Shown here: positions 13,501-26,488 of the stretch, in pieces | How positions within the stretch are numbered: the stretch's first letter is position 1 | Layout of the letters: the number at the start of each line of letters is the position of its first letter | Assembly (NCBI RefSeq): GCF_036588685.1 | Contig: NC_086374.1 | Location: 46,252,001 to 46,316,000, forward strand | Direction of reading: 5' to 3' | Origin: Mytilus trossulus | Lineage: Eukaryota | Length of the DNA stretch: 64,000 nucleotides | Notes under the pieces: model-generated | Databases searched by the model: none | What the model was told of the DNA's origin: nothing | Seen by the model: the letters and a program-made list of their open reading frames with translations, nothing else | Position numbers and translations under genes: made by a program

Positions 13501-15040
13501 CTCTAGTACCTGTTCGCCCTGATACCTTTTCGCCCAGGGTCCATTCGCCCTGATTATTAATTTTTTTTATTGTTGTCTAGTTGCAGAATGTTTATTATTT
13601 GACCAGAATATGTTAAAATTTGTCAAAAATTTTCCAAGTTTCCCTTTTGATCATGTTGATTTACATAATAAAATACTGGAATACAATGTGCAATTTATCT
13701 TTATATTGGTATTTGCTGGGACTATTATACTAATAGTATAATTTTTCCAGGTATTTGTTGCCAAACCAGTCTATATTCAGTCGATTTAAGCAGTAATCTG
13801 GAGATTGCTAATCACATGTGTTAAAGTAGTTTCAGAATAAAATAATAAATGAACTTGTAAATCCTTTTCATGATTTACAACTCCGACCGTACATCTTTGT
13901 TTTTATTAATGTCAAGTTGACTACTTTATCAGAACACAATAGACAACTTTCAAGTTTGATGCATTTCCGTCCAATGTTGAGTGAGTGGTTGGAAAACTAT
14001 AATTCTATATTGTACAAAATGTACGAATTATTTTCGGCAAATTGAATTTTCAAAATTGACAATCAGCATTGCTGTTTTTAGGGAATTGTCATTAAGTACC
14101 TACAGAACAACCATTATTTCTAGTTTATCCTGCACAATAACGATCACTAAGACGCTTGATGAACGTAAATAGTGCAGGGATACAGGCGACCCCCTCTATC
14201 TGGTAAATGACGTCATAAAGGTACGTATAATTGATGAGGTTTTTTTCCGGTGATGGATGAACTCGAAAGTGGTCTATTGTTTTTGTTTATTATCATTAAT
14301 CCATCAAAGACAAGTATTTCAACAATCAGTGAGAATTACCATGTCATTAAACAAGCTTTTGATGTGTTTTTAGAAATTCCAAGAATATATATACAATATA
14401 AATATCTAAATTAGATATTAAATATGATGCTCTTCATATAATTCTTGATAATTTTTTTTTAAGTAAGGCAAACGATCCAAAGACGAACTGACCTAGGGCA
14501 AACATGTTATTAGGGCCTGATACCCTTCAAGTGTAGCTCTGTAATACACCTTATCGCTATTTGTCCGCCATTACTGGATATCACACAGGTTCCCGTAAAA
14601 TTATGACGTCATAATACAAAATAGCTGACGCCACAATGAAAAAGTGATTGTTGTTTGCGTCAAAAGTTCAAGCGGAAGGGTCAGCCGGGAATAGCGATAA
14701 GGTGTATGCATTTCCAATAAAAACTAATATACTTTCATTAGGTACCTTGGGGCTCAAAAAATCTCACCTGATACCTTCCAGATAGAAGCTGGGATCTGGT
14801 GGGTGTACATATTGGCTGCACGTAATAATTTTCTAACTTTACACCCTCACTGGCCAGTTTATCAAGATTTGGTGTTTTGATTTCTGACCCATGATAACCA
14901 ACATCGTTGAAGCCATAGTCGTCAGCCAATATGAAAATGATGTTTGGGCGTGAATCAACTTTGTCTGCTGCCTGACATAGCGAAATTCCAATGAAAACAG
15001 CTAGTATTTGAAGTAGCATCCTGAGATTGGTTGGCAACAT
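4535..15040 (-). CDS. ARSB: Arylsulfatase B-like lysosomal sulfatase, 8 coding exons: 15040-14768, 12260-12074, 10543-10374, 9964-9853, 8672-8577, 7395-7152, 6291-6140, 4800-4535 (1500 nt, 499 aa)
   Basis: All introns are GT-AG with consistent phases (0,1,0,1,1,2,1). The protein has an N-terminal signal peptide, [12 protein letters not shown], the formylglycine motif CTPTR(SQLLSGRY), [45 protein letters not shown] and a C-terminal GGYWGPWM*. The eight-exon layout resembles vertebrate ARSB more than the two-exon ARSI/ARSJ. Confidence 0.93.
5520..5640. repeat. ~120-bp imperfect palindrome in ARSB intron 7 (probably part of a non-autonomous DNA element)
   Basis: TATTGAACCATAAAAC..TTTTGACTCTTCACATT / AATGTGAAGAGTCAAAA..GTTTTATGGTTCAATA around a CCGCGAAGCAG centre. 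Confidence 0.75.
9061..9451. mobile_element. MITE family with AGAC(C/A)ACTTTCGAGTTC-type TIRs flanked by AT; further copies at 13939-14277 and 57208-57579
   Basis: Three homologous copies with terminal inverted repeats. They explain the recurring spurious ORFs '[27 protein letters not shown]'. Confidence 0.85.
9636..9851. mobile_element. Tc1/mariner-type MITE (CTGTAA...TTACAG-TA) abutting the ARSB exon-4 splice donor
   Basis: TIR CTGTAAGTTCAGAAATTATT / ATTATTTCTGTATTTACAG. Homologous to the split copy at 50266/55675. Confidence 0.75.
14544..14707. mobile_element. Short MITE with 18-bp TIR in ARSB intron 1
   Basis: ATACACCTTATCGCTATT / AATAGCGATAAGGTGTAT. Confidence 0.75.
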
Positions 15041-15050
15041 GTTGTTGGAA

Positions 15051-15075
15051 TCATGTGATTATCAAATTCCGGATG
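15051..15075 (-). promoter_or_regulatory. CLEAR/M-box-like element (TCATGTGA) plus ETS-like TTCCGGATG immediately upstream of the ARSB start codon
   Basis: TCATGTGA at 15051-15058 lies 11-18 bp 5' of the ATG. MiT/TFE-type E-boxes are typical of lysosomal gene promoters. Motif match only. Confidence 0.4.
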
Positions 15076-15599
15076 TAAACAATGGGAAGATTTGATTAAA
15101 TACCGAACATACGACACACAAAAAAGTAAAACTGGAAAGATCTTTTTTGCGAACCAAAAAAAAAAATTATTTTTATTTCGAAGTTTATCTTAAAGAAAAT
15201 TAAGTCTTATTATTGGGATATGATATATGGTGTATTGGATATGGACTTTGGGATATGGAGTATGGGATTTGGATCTGGGATCTGGGATGTGCATTCAAAA
15301 AAAATAAAAAATGAAAATATCAGTAAAAAAACGTTAAAAATTGAATAAGAATGCGAAGTCATATGTTACAGGATTAGGATGTGGGATAAGGGATTTGGGA
15401 TGGAATACACTACAAAAGACACAAATCTGTAAAGAGCAATTTTTGTCTGAATTTCCATGAAATTTTGCTCGAAAATCTTTCCTCGTTTGAATTACTTTTC
15501 AAAATTCTGAATTTATCTGATTTTTCTTGTCAAATGTCGTGACAGTACTAACATTGTGTAAAAATTTCTCTATGCGGCTCTTTCTGTTTCATCTGACAT

Positions 15600-16285
15600 G
15601 TCTGATAAGAGTCTTGATTAGTCTCAACCAATTCTTGACATTCTTAATAATGACTAAATATGTCATGACACATTATTGACAGTCTTAAAGCTGTCTGAAT
15701 ATATCTCGACACATTCTTGGCGGTCTTAATTAAAGCTGTCTGAATATATCTCAACACATTCTTGACGGTCTTAAAGCTGTCTTGACACTATCTCAACAGT
15801 ATCAATTTCGCATGAATTGTGTTATTGACACATCCCGCACTGTTTTAAAAAACACTTTGATGTTATATAACTCTACTCATTTTTATTATCGTTAAACCAA
15901 ACTTGTAACATAAATGGTAAATTCTTCTAGTGAGTTAATTCGGTTATTTTTAGAGGAGTGCGTTAACTGAATGATTTTTTTAGTTATTTCACTCTCTAAT
16001 CCAGCCTTTGATGACTTATCCGATTTGAATAGCAAAGAACGGGAGGAGCTTATATAAACCAGTGCATAAACTTCCATCTCAAAAGTTCTTTGTAAAACTT
16101 AGAATTGTCAAGTAAATTTAAGACACATTCCAGAATGTTCAGAATATATCAAGCCATACTCAGAAAAAATAAGAATGTCGAGAATCTGTCGAGAAATTTC
16201 AAGACTGTATTCAAATGTCAAGAATTTGTCAGGAAATTTTAAGACCATATTCAGAATATTGAGAATATGTGGAGTAAATTTCATA
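15600..16285. repeat. Degenerate ~40-bp tandem repeats arranged as inverted arms upstream of ARSB; a 7-bp GGATATG-like simple repeat lies at ~15212-15290
   Basis: CTTAAAGCTGTCTGAATATATCTC.ACACATTCTTG repeated at 15684-15790, with complementary degenerate units at ~16105-16280. Confidence 0.5.
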
Positions 16286-16331
16286 CAATTTTAACATAAT
16301 AGTTATCAAAGATACCAGGATTATAATTTAG

Positions 16332-16378
16332 TACGCCAGACGCGCGTTTCGTCTACATAAGACTCATCAGTGACGCTC
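16332..16378 (-). ncRNA. Minimal type I hammerhead ribozyme with intact core, within a retrozyme-type repeat (16299-16540)
   Basis: Minus strand: GCGUCA-CUGAUGA-GUCU(UAUGU)AGAC-GAAA-C(GCGC)G-UC^UGGCGU. All core nucleotides, stem I, stem II and a palindromic minimal stem III are present. Predicted GUC cleavage between 16339 and 16338. Confidence 0.85.
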
Positions 16379-17770
16379 ATATCAAAATATTTATAAAGCC
16401 AAAGAAGTACACAGTTGAAAAGCATTAAGGATTCAAAATTCCCAAAAAGTTGTGCTAAATACGGCCAAGGTAATCTATGTCTGGGATAAGAAAATTTTTA
16501 GATTTTAAATTTGGAATCAGGAAATTTATAAAAATGACATTTTTTGGTCAAGAACAATTAGGACGCAAGTCTTACTTTTGGAGAATGTCTAGTAATTGTC
16601 CATGCTTATTAATACAAAAGTTAGTCTTTTCATACTTCTTGACTTTTTTGATAGTATGAACGCAACCGGCGACCCATCCTCCCAGCGACAAAAGGATATG
16701 TTTGAAAGAGCTCTGCTCTCGGCAACCTTGTTTTTTTCAATTCGTTTTTAAAACGTCTTGGTTTCCTCATTTTGAATAATAGAAAATAAAGCGATATATC
16801 AAACGAAAACTGGATAATAAAGTGAAAAACAAGTTTCTTTCGTTAGTAAAAATTACTGCTTTACTGCTTATTTCAGAGTTCGAACCCTACACGCGTAGTA
16901 GCTTGGTTCGACTCCAATCTAAATCGACTATGATTGACAGTTTCATTGCCGAAGGTCAGTGGTTCTCTCCGGGCGTGTCAGCTTTCTACAATCAGAAACA
17001 GCTGGGCGCCATGAAATTACAAATAATGATAAAAGTGGCATTAAAGACCACTAATGAAAACATCAGATCATAGTTTTGTTAAACACGCATCTATTTATTT
17101 GAAATTGAATTTGACAATCGAATTTTTTCCCGCATCGTGTACCGATGAATCCCAAAAACACTGTGATATGTGCCGGTGGACATCAAAAAGCTTAACCTTT
17201 AAATATTTTAAATGATAAGAAAGTTAGTTAAAATTTTAAAACAGAACTATCTTAATTTTTGGCAGAGTTTTTAGGGGAAACCATTATATAATGAGAAGAT
17301 ATATAAGATTTCCAAGGATTAGACAACATAGAAGGGCATGTATCTTTAAAGGTTGGTGTGTCCATCATATTACATGTATATATATCATGCAACTATGACT
17401 TCTAACACTCGGATACATTTAATATTAAATTAATGTGTTTAAAACAATGTGTGCAGTCATTTAAAATACTTATATTGTATCTTCTTATTTGCTACACACT
17501 TATTTTTGTCGGCCATTTGCAAACTGTAAGTATTGATTTTATGCATCCAAACTTTTCATTTATTTAAGGAACGAATAATAATTCTATAATAATTGATCTC
17601 AAAGGAGTTTTATATAGAAGACGCTAACCTAAGTTAGTCTCTTTTTTCGGTTTGATTGCGCCAATATATATATTGAACCAAAACCAAAGGGCTGAATCCC
17701 TTCGCCAATTTTGCAAAATGTCTGGTCCTATCAAACATAGTTATTTTCCTCCCTCCTGACAGTTCAATAA

Positions 17771-17995
17771 TAGTTATCAAAGGTACCAGGCTTATAGAAT
17801 AATACGCCAGACGCTCGTTTCGTCTACATAAGACTTACCAGTGACTCTCAGATCAAAATAGTCAAACAGCCAAACAATTACAAAGTTGAAGAGCATTGAG
17901 GACCAAAAATTCCAAAATGTTGTGCTAAAGACGGATAAGGTAATCTATGCCTAAAGTAGAAAAGCCTTAGTATTTAAAAAATGTAAAGTTTTTAG
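17771..17995 (-). mobile_element. Retrozyme-type repeat with mutated hammerhead core (CUGGUAA)
   Basis: Homologous to 16299-16540 and ends at the same terminus. Confidence 0.75.
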
Positions 17996-18375
17996 AAAAT
18001 GATCCTTCCTTCATCCTGGTTGACTCACTTTCCAAACTTCTGAATGTATTTATTGTTATTATTTTCTCGTTCCTAATATGCATAACATATTTGGCACGTT
18101 ACTAAAAAAAAGTAATAGCCATTAATCAATTTTTACACTGACATTTGCAAGTTATGAATAAAAATGTGTATGATTACGATCCAAAACATGCAACTTATCA
18201 TCATGCAATGTAATAGTACATGCCTGATTTGTATTAATTCTCTTCATCAATCTTAAAAATAAATTTAGGAACGAATTTAAAAGAAAATATATAACTTCAT
18301 AAAAAAGCAAATATATTTGACTTGAATAAAGCAACGAGAGATATTTTTTTTCAGACTTAACGATGATAAAGAAAA

Positions 18376-19930
18376 ATGCGGAAAATTTCTTCAAATGTTT
18401 TGGTTTACTTCGCTATCTTTCACATGTCCGTATTGTTGCTGATATTTGCATTTAACCTTAGTATCAACCGAAATAAAGAGTTACCCTCTAGAAAAGAATA
18501 TACGGAACAAAGAAGCCAAACAATGGACGAAGTTGTAGGGATTGCCAATCGTATGAATGTCAAACCCCTCTTGGTGACTTTAGTTAATGAAGCTTTCTTT
18601 CCATTTGTATGTAGTTGGCTTTGTAATACAAAACACATGGGTATTCATTCACAAGTGAGTATACGTATACAGCTTGATATGCATTATGCATGCCTTGCTT
18701 GGTGAATGTTTTGAAGTTTACATGTCCAATAATTGTCATACTGGTTTCCTTTAAACAAAATTGTAATGCAAGAGCATTCAAATTGACGAGACACATTAAA
18801 TTGTAATATGCTGTAAAGTCGTCCTCTAACAGTTGATTAAGTTACATGTCTGATATATTTAAAAGTTTTAGTTACTGTCATTTTCCTGCACCAAGTCAGA
18901 AATATGACAGTTGTTATCCATTCGTTTGATGTGTTTGAACTTTCTATTTTGCCATTTGATTAGGGACTTTCCGTTTCGAATTTTCCTCGGAGTTATTTTT
19001 TTTGTGATTATTCTTTTAAGATCAATATAATAACTATTCTAGATATTAACCAATATTGATAAAACGTCAATTTTGCAAATTAATACTGTAGTTTCAGTAA
19101 AACTATATGATTTCTTGATATAAAAACACACAGCCTTTCAATGAGACAATCACTGGTTGTTTAGAGAACAACAACATTTCATCTATATACTTCAGTGTTT
19201 AATTTACTGTGAAAATAAAATGTACAAATTCTTAAAATTATAGGTATTGATTCTCACAACCGATATGGAAACAAGAAATAAAATTCAGAATCTTTGGTCA
19301 GATGTGACAGTAGTTGCTATATCAAGCAAGTCTTTTAAAGGTGAACAGGAATACAGTCATGCTGGCTATATCAGACTACTCAACTTCCGGTCACATATTG
19401 TTTTGAAGCTGCTATTCGACAATATAGAGCTTCTGTTGTTTGAAGTAGATGCAGTATGGTTTCATAACCCAATACCACTGTTGTCCAAAGAAAAAGGCTA
19501 CGATATACTGGTATCTCATGTTTCTAGCCGACCAAACCTTGTTGCAGGTGGGTTTATCTATATGTTTCCAACAATAAGAACTAAAGAATTATGGACAATG
19601 CTGGATGACAGGTTAAGTTCTCTAGATAACAAGATTTCGTCAATGCCATCAAACAAGACAATTAGTGAAGAACAGAATGACCAGGTTTATCTTTCTGGTC
19701 TAGTCAGAAAAAGATTTAGAGGAATAAGACCAAAATATTTATCACTAGAATTATTTGCAGATGGCAAATGGTACAATTTACCAGAATTAAAACGCAATAA
19801 TTCGCAACCTATTATCGTAAATAATAACTGGTTAATTGGTATTAGTATTAAAATTTCAAACGCAAAGAAATGGAGACACTGGTTCGTTGACGAGGATAAC
19901 TTTTGCAATGGTAATACTGGTAAAATATAA
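18376..19930 (+). CDS. Nucleotide-diphospho-sugar transferase family (PF03407/GT77-like) type II membrane glycosyltransferase; exons 18376-18654 and 19244-19930 (321 aa)
   Basis: Donor CAA|GTGAGT and acceptor TTATAG|GTA join in phase 0. N-terminal TM helix (VLVYFAIFHMSVLLLIFAFNLSI). Family-like motifs: LVNEAFFPFVCSWLCN, LLFEVDAVWFHNP (DxD-like EVD), AGGFIY, EQNDQVYL, IVNNNWLIG...K.W..W. Confidence 0.8.
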
Positions 19931-22900
19931 CAAGAGACGTTTTAAACAACTGTTAAGATCTCATGTTCGTTGCAAAATTCAAAATGAAGATTGCAGGGAA
20001 TGAAAATAAGGATGCTATCAAAATTTCATTCAGCCGGAGCGCATTTCTGGATTTATCAATACAGGTATTAGGAATGCTCAAATCCAGACATTTGAAAGCC
20101 ATCTGTTCATTTCACACCAAAAAGTCATTGATATCTTTTTTTTTTATAAATGGTGATCACTCTTTAGTGAAAAGAGCCGAAGGCTAGATTGAAACGTTAG
20201 TGGGCCGGCTTACATGTCAAAAAGAACACAACATGGTAAAATAAAACAATGAGACGGGTTTATAATAAATGAATAAATACTATCATATTTCGAAATAATA
20301 GTATTGATCAGTATTTTTAAAGGTTTGAAAACTTCTATCAATCTACTTTATTCTTAATTAGTATGTATTCCTTATTCGCAACATCTCTGTGTTCCTGGTT
20401 AATGAATATTTAGAAAAGTCGAATGACACAAATTCAAACAACATCCATGGAGCTCCTAGATTTAGTTATAATTATTGGCAAATGCAACAGTCTGTATTTA
20501 TGGCTTAAATTCTCAGTCTTTATGTGGAGGAGGGGGGATGGGGTCACAAAATTTATAGCTATACGGTGCAAGTATCATAAAATAAAGTTCGCATTATCAA
20601 CAATTCATGACGCAATAATATAACAAGAACATTTCCACTCTATCGCCCTCCTTGCTCTGCAATTCTTTCACACAATCCTTGACATAGTTGGAACATTTCC
20701 ATGATCATTGGCTAGCTAGTGTTAATGCGCAAATTTAGTTTTGCCAGCTGATTAAGATATGATTATCACTAATTGATTTGACAGATGATCGGTTGAATGT
20801 GATCTGTTAGATTATCAGAAAAGGGGACATATTAGCATACAAGTTGCCGGAATACTGAAATACTTCAATGAGTATGGTATGGTATAGACTGTCCCATTTT
20901 CTTAATTCTTATTTATACAAAGACTTTTTAGCGTTCTATTAGTCTAACATTCATAAATCGCGATCTGTTGTCACCCGGGCCTTGAAGAAACGGCGAGAGA
21001 AAATAATAATTTTCATATTATTCCCTCTGGTTACTTTATTTCATTTGACCCAATCGATAATCTAACGACAGTAAAAACGTTGACCCACAAATCACCTACA
21101 CCAGAGACATTTAACATGATGTAAGATTGTGTTTGTGTTAGTACATATATATCGTATATATATGCACTGTGATATACAATATACAATTGTTATGTCCAAT
21201 GTTATCTATGGATAATTTAGTCTTTAATCAATCTAAAGAAACATCAATGTGTGTTTTACATATTTTGTCTAATTGACTTTAACTAAGAGCTAAATGAGAT
21301 AGAAAGTAATGGTTTCAAGGCAAAAATAAAAAATATACACCTGAATCTTTTGTGTTTTGTGTATTCGTAATACAGATGCTTTGTATATTTAGAGAGTTGA
21401 TACTTATCGCCAAAGGTGTACTTACATGAGAAACACGGGGGGGGGGGGGGGGGCACATGAGGAGCATGATCGGATCGGATAACCTTTGGTTGTGGTTAAT
21501 GTTGTCTTTTCGTCTTTTCGTCTTTTTGTAATTTTGTTAAAGCATTGTCAGTCTTTGACAATTCGAATACGGCTCTTCAGGACACTCATTTACAAAACAT
21601 TTGGCGTTTTCACCGAACGGCATTAAATTGGAAAATATTTCAAAAACTGTTTCCCTTTAATTTACTTTTTTTAAACAAGACCCTATGTCCAATTTGACTG
21701 ATTTCTGACTTTGGCCACTGGTAGTATACTATGTATGTGTATGCATCATCCAAAATCATGTGCGTCGTTACATTTCTGTTTGGTTTTTTTAGATTGACAA
21801 TGACATGTATTTTTCCTAACTTTGATATCTTCAGTTGTTACATTCTACTCATTAGATCAAACTCAAGAATGAATGAAAAATAGCAACTTTGACTACTTTA
21901 ATATTCATATCTAAGGTGGAATGGAAAGTGCTTTGTATTACTAAATTTCTTTCACTAGCATTTTTCAGTAAAAGAGGACGAAAGATACGAGAGGGACAGT
22001 AAAACTCATAAATCGAAAATAAACTGACATCGCGATGACTTAAAATGAAAAAGATAAACAGACACACAATTTTACACATGACACAACATATAAAACTAAA
22101 GAATAAGCAACACTAACCCCACCAAAAACAAAGGGTGATGTACCAAATTATTTAGTTGAATAACTAAATGGTTCATTAGACTATGAACTAATGCATAACA
22201 TATATGTTGTAAATATTGGAGTGTTTATAAATAATAATTTACCAGTTTACCACACGTATGGTGAGAAAGTTTGCACTAAAAAAAAACTTAACATCTAAAC
22301 TATTTTTTTTAAGATTCGTTAGTTTATAATTTCTTTGGAAAAGAAACCATGACAAAATATAGTTTCAACAAAGATCATCTTCAAATTTTATAAAAGATTC
22401 ATACCTACATAATTTTTTTCATCAGCTTTAAACAAGTATGATTTGTTTGTGTATGCACTGTATATCATTTAGTGGCAAGTTAGATTAAAAAATAAGTAAT
22501 GGCGGAATAAATAAAGGCAACAGTACTATACCGCTGTTCCAAATTCATAAATTGATTGAGAAAAAAAAAACAAATCCGGGTTACAAACTAAAAACGGTAA
22601 ACGCATCAAATATAAGAGGACTACGACACAACAGAAACACAACATTAAAATGTAACACACACAGAAACGAAATGTAATATCACAATTGCCATTTGGAAAC
22701 TATTAATAGTGGGCAATCAGTATATGAACAGCAGATATTTTCATGTAACTTTTTGTTGTGAAGCACTTTATGTGTACAATTTTTCCTTCTAAAACTTCTT
22801 ATTTTGTATGCATTGGGAAGGTTAATTCCAACCAAAACCGTTTGAAAGCAGAATATAATTTGATTTAAAAAGATACATTTTACTTGACAGTGTAATATTG

Positions 22901-25900
22901 TTTATATTTAATTATGCAAACTTTACATTATGGCAGCTCAATAAACTTGATATAATAAGTCAAAATGACAACGTAGTGTTTTGTTTAGCCAATCAAAGGA
23001 TTTATACGGACATGTATTGTTGCATTGTAAAGTCTTTGTTGTAAGCGAATAACACATTTTATTTCCTCCACTTATTGGAACTGATGATGTGCACTCTGTG
23101 TTCAAATTCATATACCTGGTGTGTAAACAAAGCATTACAACCCTTGCAATATAATAATTGATTCAAAATATTTTTTGAGAAACAATCACCTATGAAGTCA
23201 CGGAGTATGAACCGTCATAGGACATCTCTATGAATGCCGTCTATAAAATTAATCTGATATGTTACAATGTATTTTTTCAAATGCATATTGGTCATATGGT
23301 GAAACCAAAGGGGCTCTTGAGGTTTAAGTCCACTAAGACTCATGGTTTTTCACTTTTAATTCTATCAATGAGAAACTTGTATGTATAAATTATGTAACCT
23401 TTTAAGTACGATCGGACTTTTTCGACAATAAGAGTCTACACAAGACAATTCTGTAACTGGAAGAATTGTATCGTATTTGATTCGTATATCGTCTTTACCA
23501 GTAAACAATAGATAACTTATCTACCAAGTGTTAAAGTTCCGCTCTAAATGGTCTGATCATATGTTAGATTCGTGTATGGAGAATGATCAAATACCGTCTT
23601 TATCTCGCATCTTATACTTTACATATCAGAAGAATCACACAACACCCTGTGACTGGAACAATGTTAAAAGACCTGGCATAAATTTTAAGATCCAAAGTGA
23701 TTTAATTAAAACAATAGGTGTTGACGTGCTAGATTATTCATTTTGTACGGTAAAAATATTTCTCAAGTTATCAAGGCTTATATATTGAGAAGAGCACGCG
23801 TGTTAAAATCAGATACCAAAAAATGCAATAATTGGCATTTTCCCAGTCAAGGCTGTTTGTATTTAGTTTGATTATAACCTTCTTTAAAGTATCAATTGTA
23901 GGTTATTCTTTATGTCTGAAATTGGTTTCAAATCTTACAAATCTTCTCTTTAAACCAAAAAAAATAAACTATAAGATTATGGCTATGAAACCAGGTTTAA
24001 TCTACCATTTTCTACATAAAGAAATACCGGTACCAAGTTAGGAATATAACAGTTGTTTTCCATTCGTTTGATGTGTTTGAACTTTTGATTTTGTTATTTG
24101 TTAAGGGACTTTCTGTTTCGAAGTTCCCTTGGAGTTCGGTATTTTTGTTATAATACTTCATACTGCAATATCTCATCAGCACATAAGTTTAGATTTTTTC
24201 AAATTGATGGACCTCGAGCATCACTTATGAAACATTTATTGTCGAAATGCGCATCTGGTTAAGAACTTGAAAAAGTAGATTCGTGTATGAAGAATGATCA
24301 AATACTGTCTTAATCTATCATCTTATACTTTACACAACACCCTGTGACTGAAAAAAGTTCTGTCCCGTAAAATTTATTTTCCCTTTCCTTTAGTTTAAAC
24401 ATATTTTATTGTCTAAATATACAATAGGATTGGATACAAGTTATAACAACTTAAGATAATCCTCTCCCTTTCCTTTGAAGTTATATACCAGAAAAAAACA
24501 AAAAAGCTCATTGGAAATAGCAAAATTGATGTCGTATGGAAATCGAAAATCAGATATCTAACTTTTCAATTCGAAATTCGAAATCGTCAATCTGAAGAAG
24601 TATTAACAGTTGTTAAATATATTTAGTTGATACGCCAATTTTGCATGTGAGAAGGCAGCGATCCTATACTTGGGGATTTAACATTTGATATTTTTTTTTC
24701 TTTCGGTTGGACATTGCCGTAAAATACGAAATGCAAATGAACACCTTATAAAAAACTCGTGTGGCAATGAATGGTTCATCACTGTACACCATTATAAACG
24801 ACAGTACTTGGACCTTGTTTTCATTTACATTCTTACAGATTGCAATTTTAAAATGATCATACAAGTGACAAGCAGTTAACTTTCAGCCAAAAAAAAACGG
24901 TTATGAGAGTCAGAACGATTAAATCGCAAATGTGTTCAATGGATTATTGAAGACACCGATTCATTGTCTATTATTCTGCTTTTTCCATCATTTGATGTCA
25001 TTAACATACTCATACTATCAAAATATTCGTGATGTATATGTATGTTTATGTTTCCTTAATAGAAATTCCAACTTATATATTCAACATGCATTTTTGCAGT
25101 TACAACTATTTAGATTTATATTTCAACTATGGCGTGGTCAGGTTTTCTTATACTTATGAGATTGAATATCAATTTGTTATTTTCCGCCTCTCTTTTAACA
25201 TCAATTAATGATTTATAATCCTAAATTTCATTATACAATGCATAACAACATAATTAATATTGCTAGTATTATAATCATAGTATTAATATCATAGTCTTCA
25301 ATGTTAAGGTTAATAAAATATAGTCTCAAGTCTTCAAAATACACAGAACATGCCACTATTTCCTATATTTATCTCTTTTAATAAACCTTTTGTGGATTTA
25401 TATCGGTATTATATCAATGTTTAGTAATCTCTGTGGAATTTCGAATTGAAAAAGTGGTTCCTTCATAAAAGGCCTAATCCTTGGTTTTTATGTATTTATA
25501 TTCTGCGGATGCAATATTAAAGAAAATAAAACAGAAATTTAATCCTTAATAAAATACACCTAGTCAACTAAATTATGCAAGTAAAAGGTAAACGAAAGCA
25601 TACAAAAGATATTAAAGGGACAATATCTTAAATTTGATAGTTTAAACAATGAGCTAAGCAAATTTCAAGATTGCGTCGAATCATTATTTACCGAAATGAT
25701 ACAAGGAGGTAATGGACAAACACAATCAGGCACATGTCTCATATCTTATATTTGATGAGATCTGACGAAGCGAGTTCGATTGAATTCTGATTATTTTGAT
25801 CTTTATCTTCCCTTTTGTGATCAATTAGCAACAGGGGGTAACATCAGTAAGAGGGTAGTTTGTGGGGTTTACTAGAACGCATGATAAACGTAGTTAATTC

Positions 25901-26488
25901 AATTGGTTTTATTTTATAAATTCTTCTTATAGAGTATATATTTATTATGATTTTAATATTATTTAAATGCATTTGTGTATTTTAATAAAACAAACTTAAC
26001 AGAGAGTTTTACTTAGTACTAATATAAATAAACTAACAGGACCCATTACTTAAATAGCTTTTGATACAATGTCATCTGGAATATAATAATTCAGCATTAT
26101 CTTATTATCTATGGTTAAAGGTCTCTTATTCAAAAGACAAATATTTTTTATCGGTCTTGGATCTTATTTAAATTTAACTGAAACAATATTTTCTATAATT
26201 GTTGATCCTATACTAAATATTATTGTTTAGTGGTGTTGCGACCGACGCATAAATTACAATTCCGGACTGGATTATCGAGATTAATCTACCAAAATCAGAT
26301 CAACTATTATCAAGCATAAAACATGAGTTATCTTTAATTTTGTTCTTGATGCGTAAATTTACCTTTGTTTAAAGTTTGAGGTATAAATTGAGCGGGGAAT
26401 CGATTGTTAGGCACTTTACAATTCTCAGTTTGGTCGCCACAGTAGGTTCCGTTTTAGTTTGTTGTCCGAAACGAGTTAAAGGAAAGCA

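Noticed and set aside
16865-16920. tRNA-like GTTCGAACC and GGTTCGACTCC motifs
   Set aside because: No cloverleaf could be built. They belong to a SINE head also seen at 44645-44882.
21436-21453. Poly-G run of ~17-18 nt
   Set aside because: Homopolymers of this kind are common and their length is unreliable. No supporting context.
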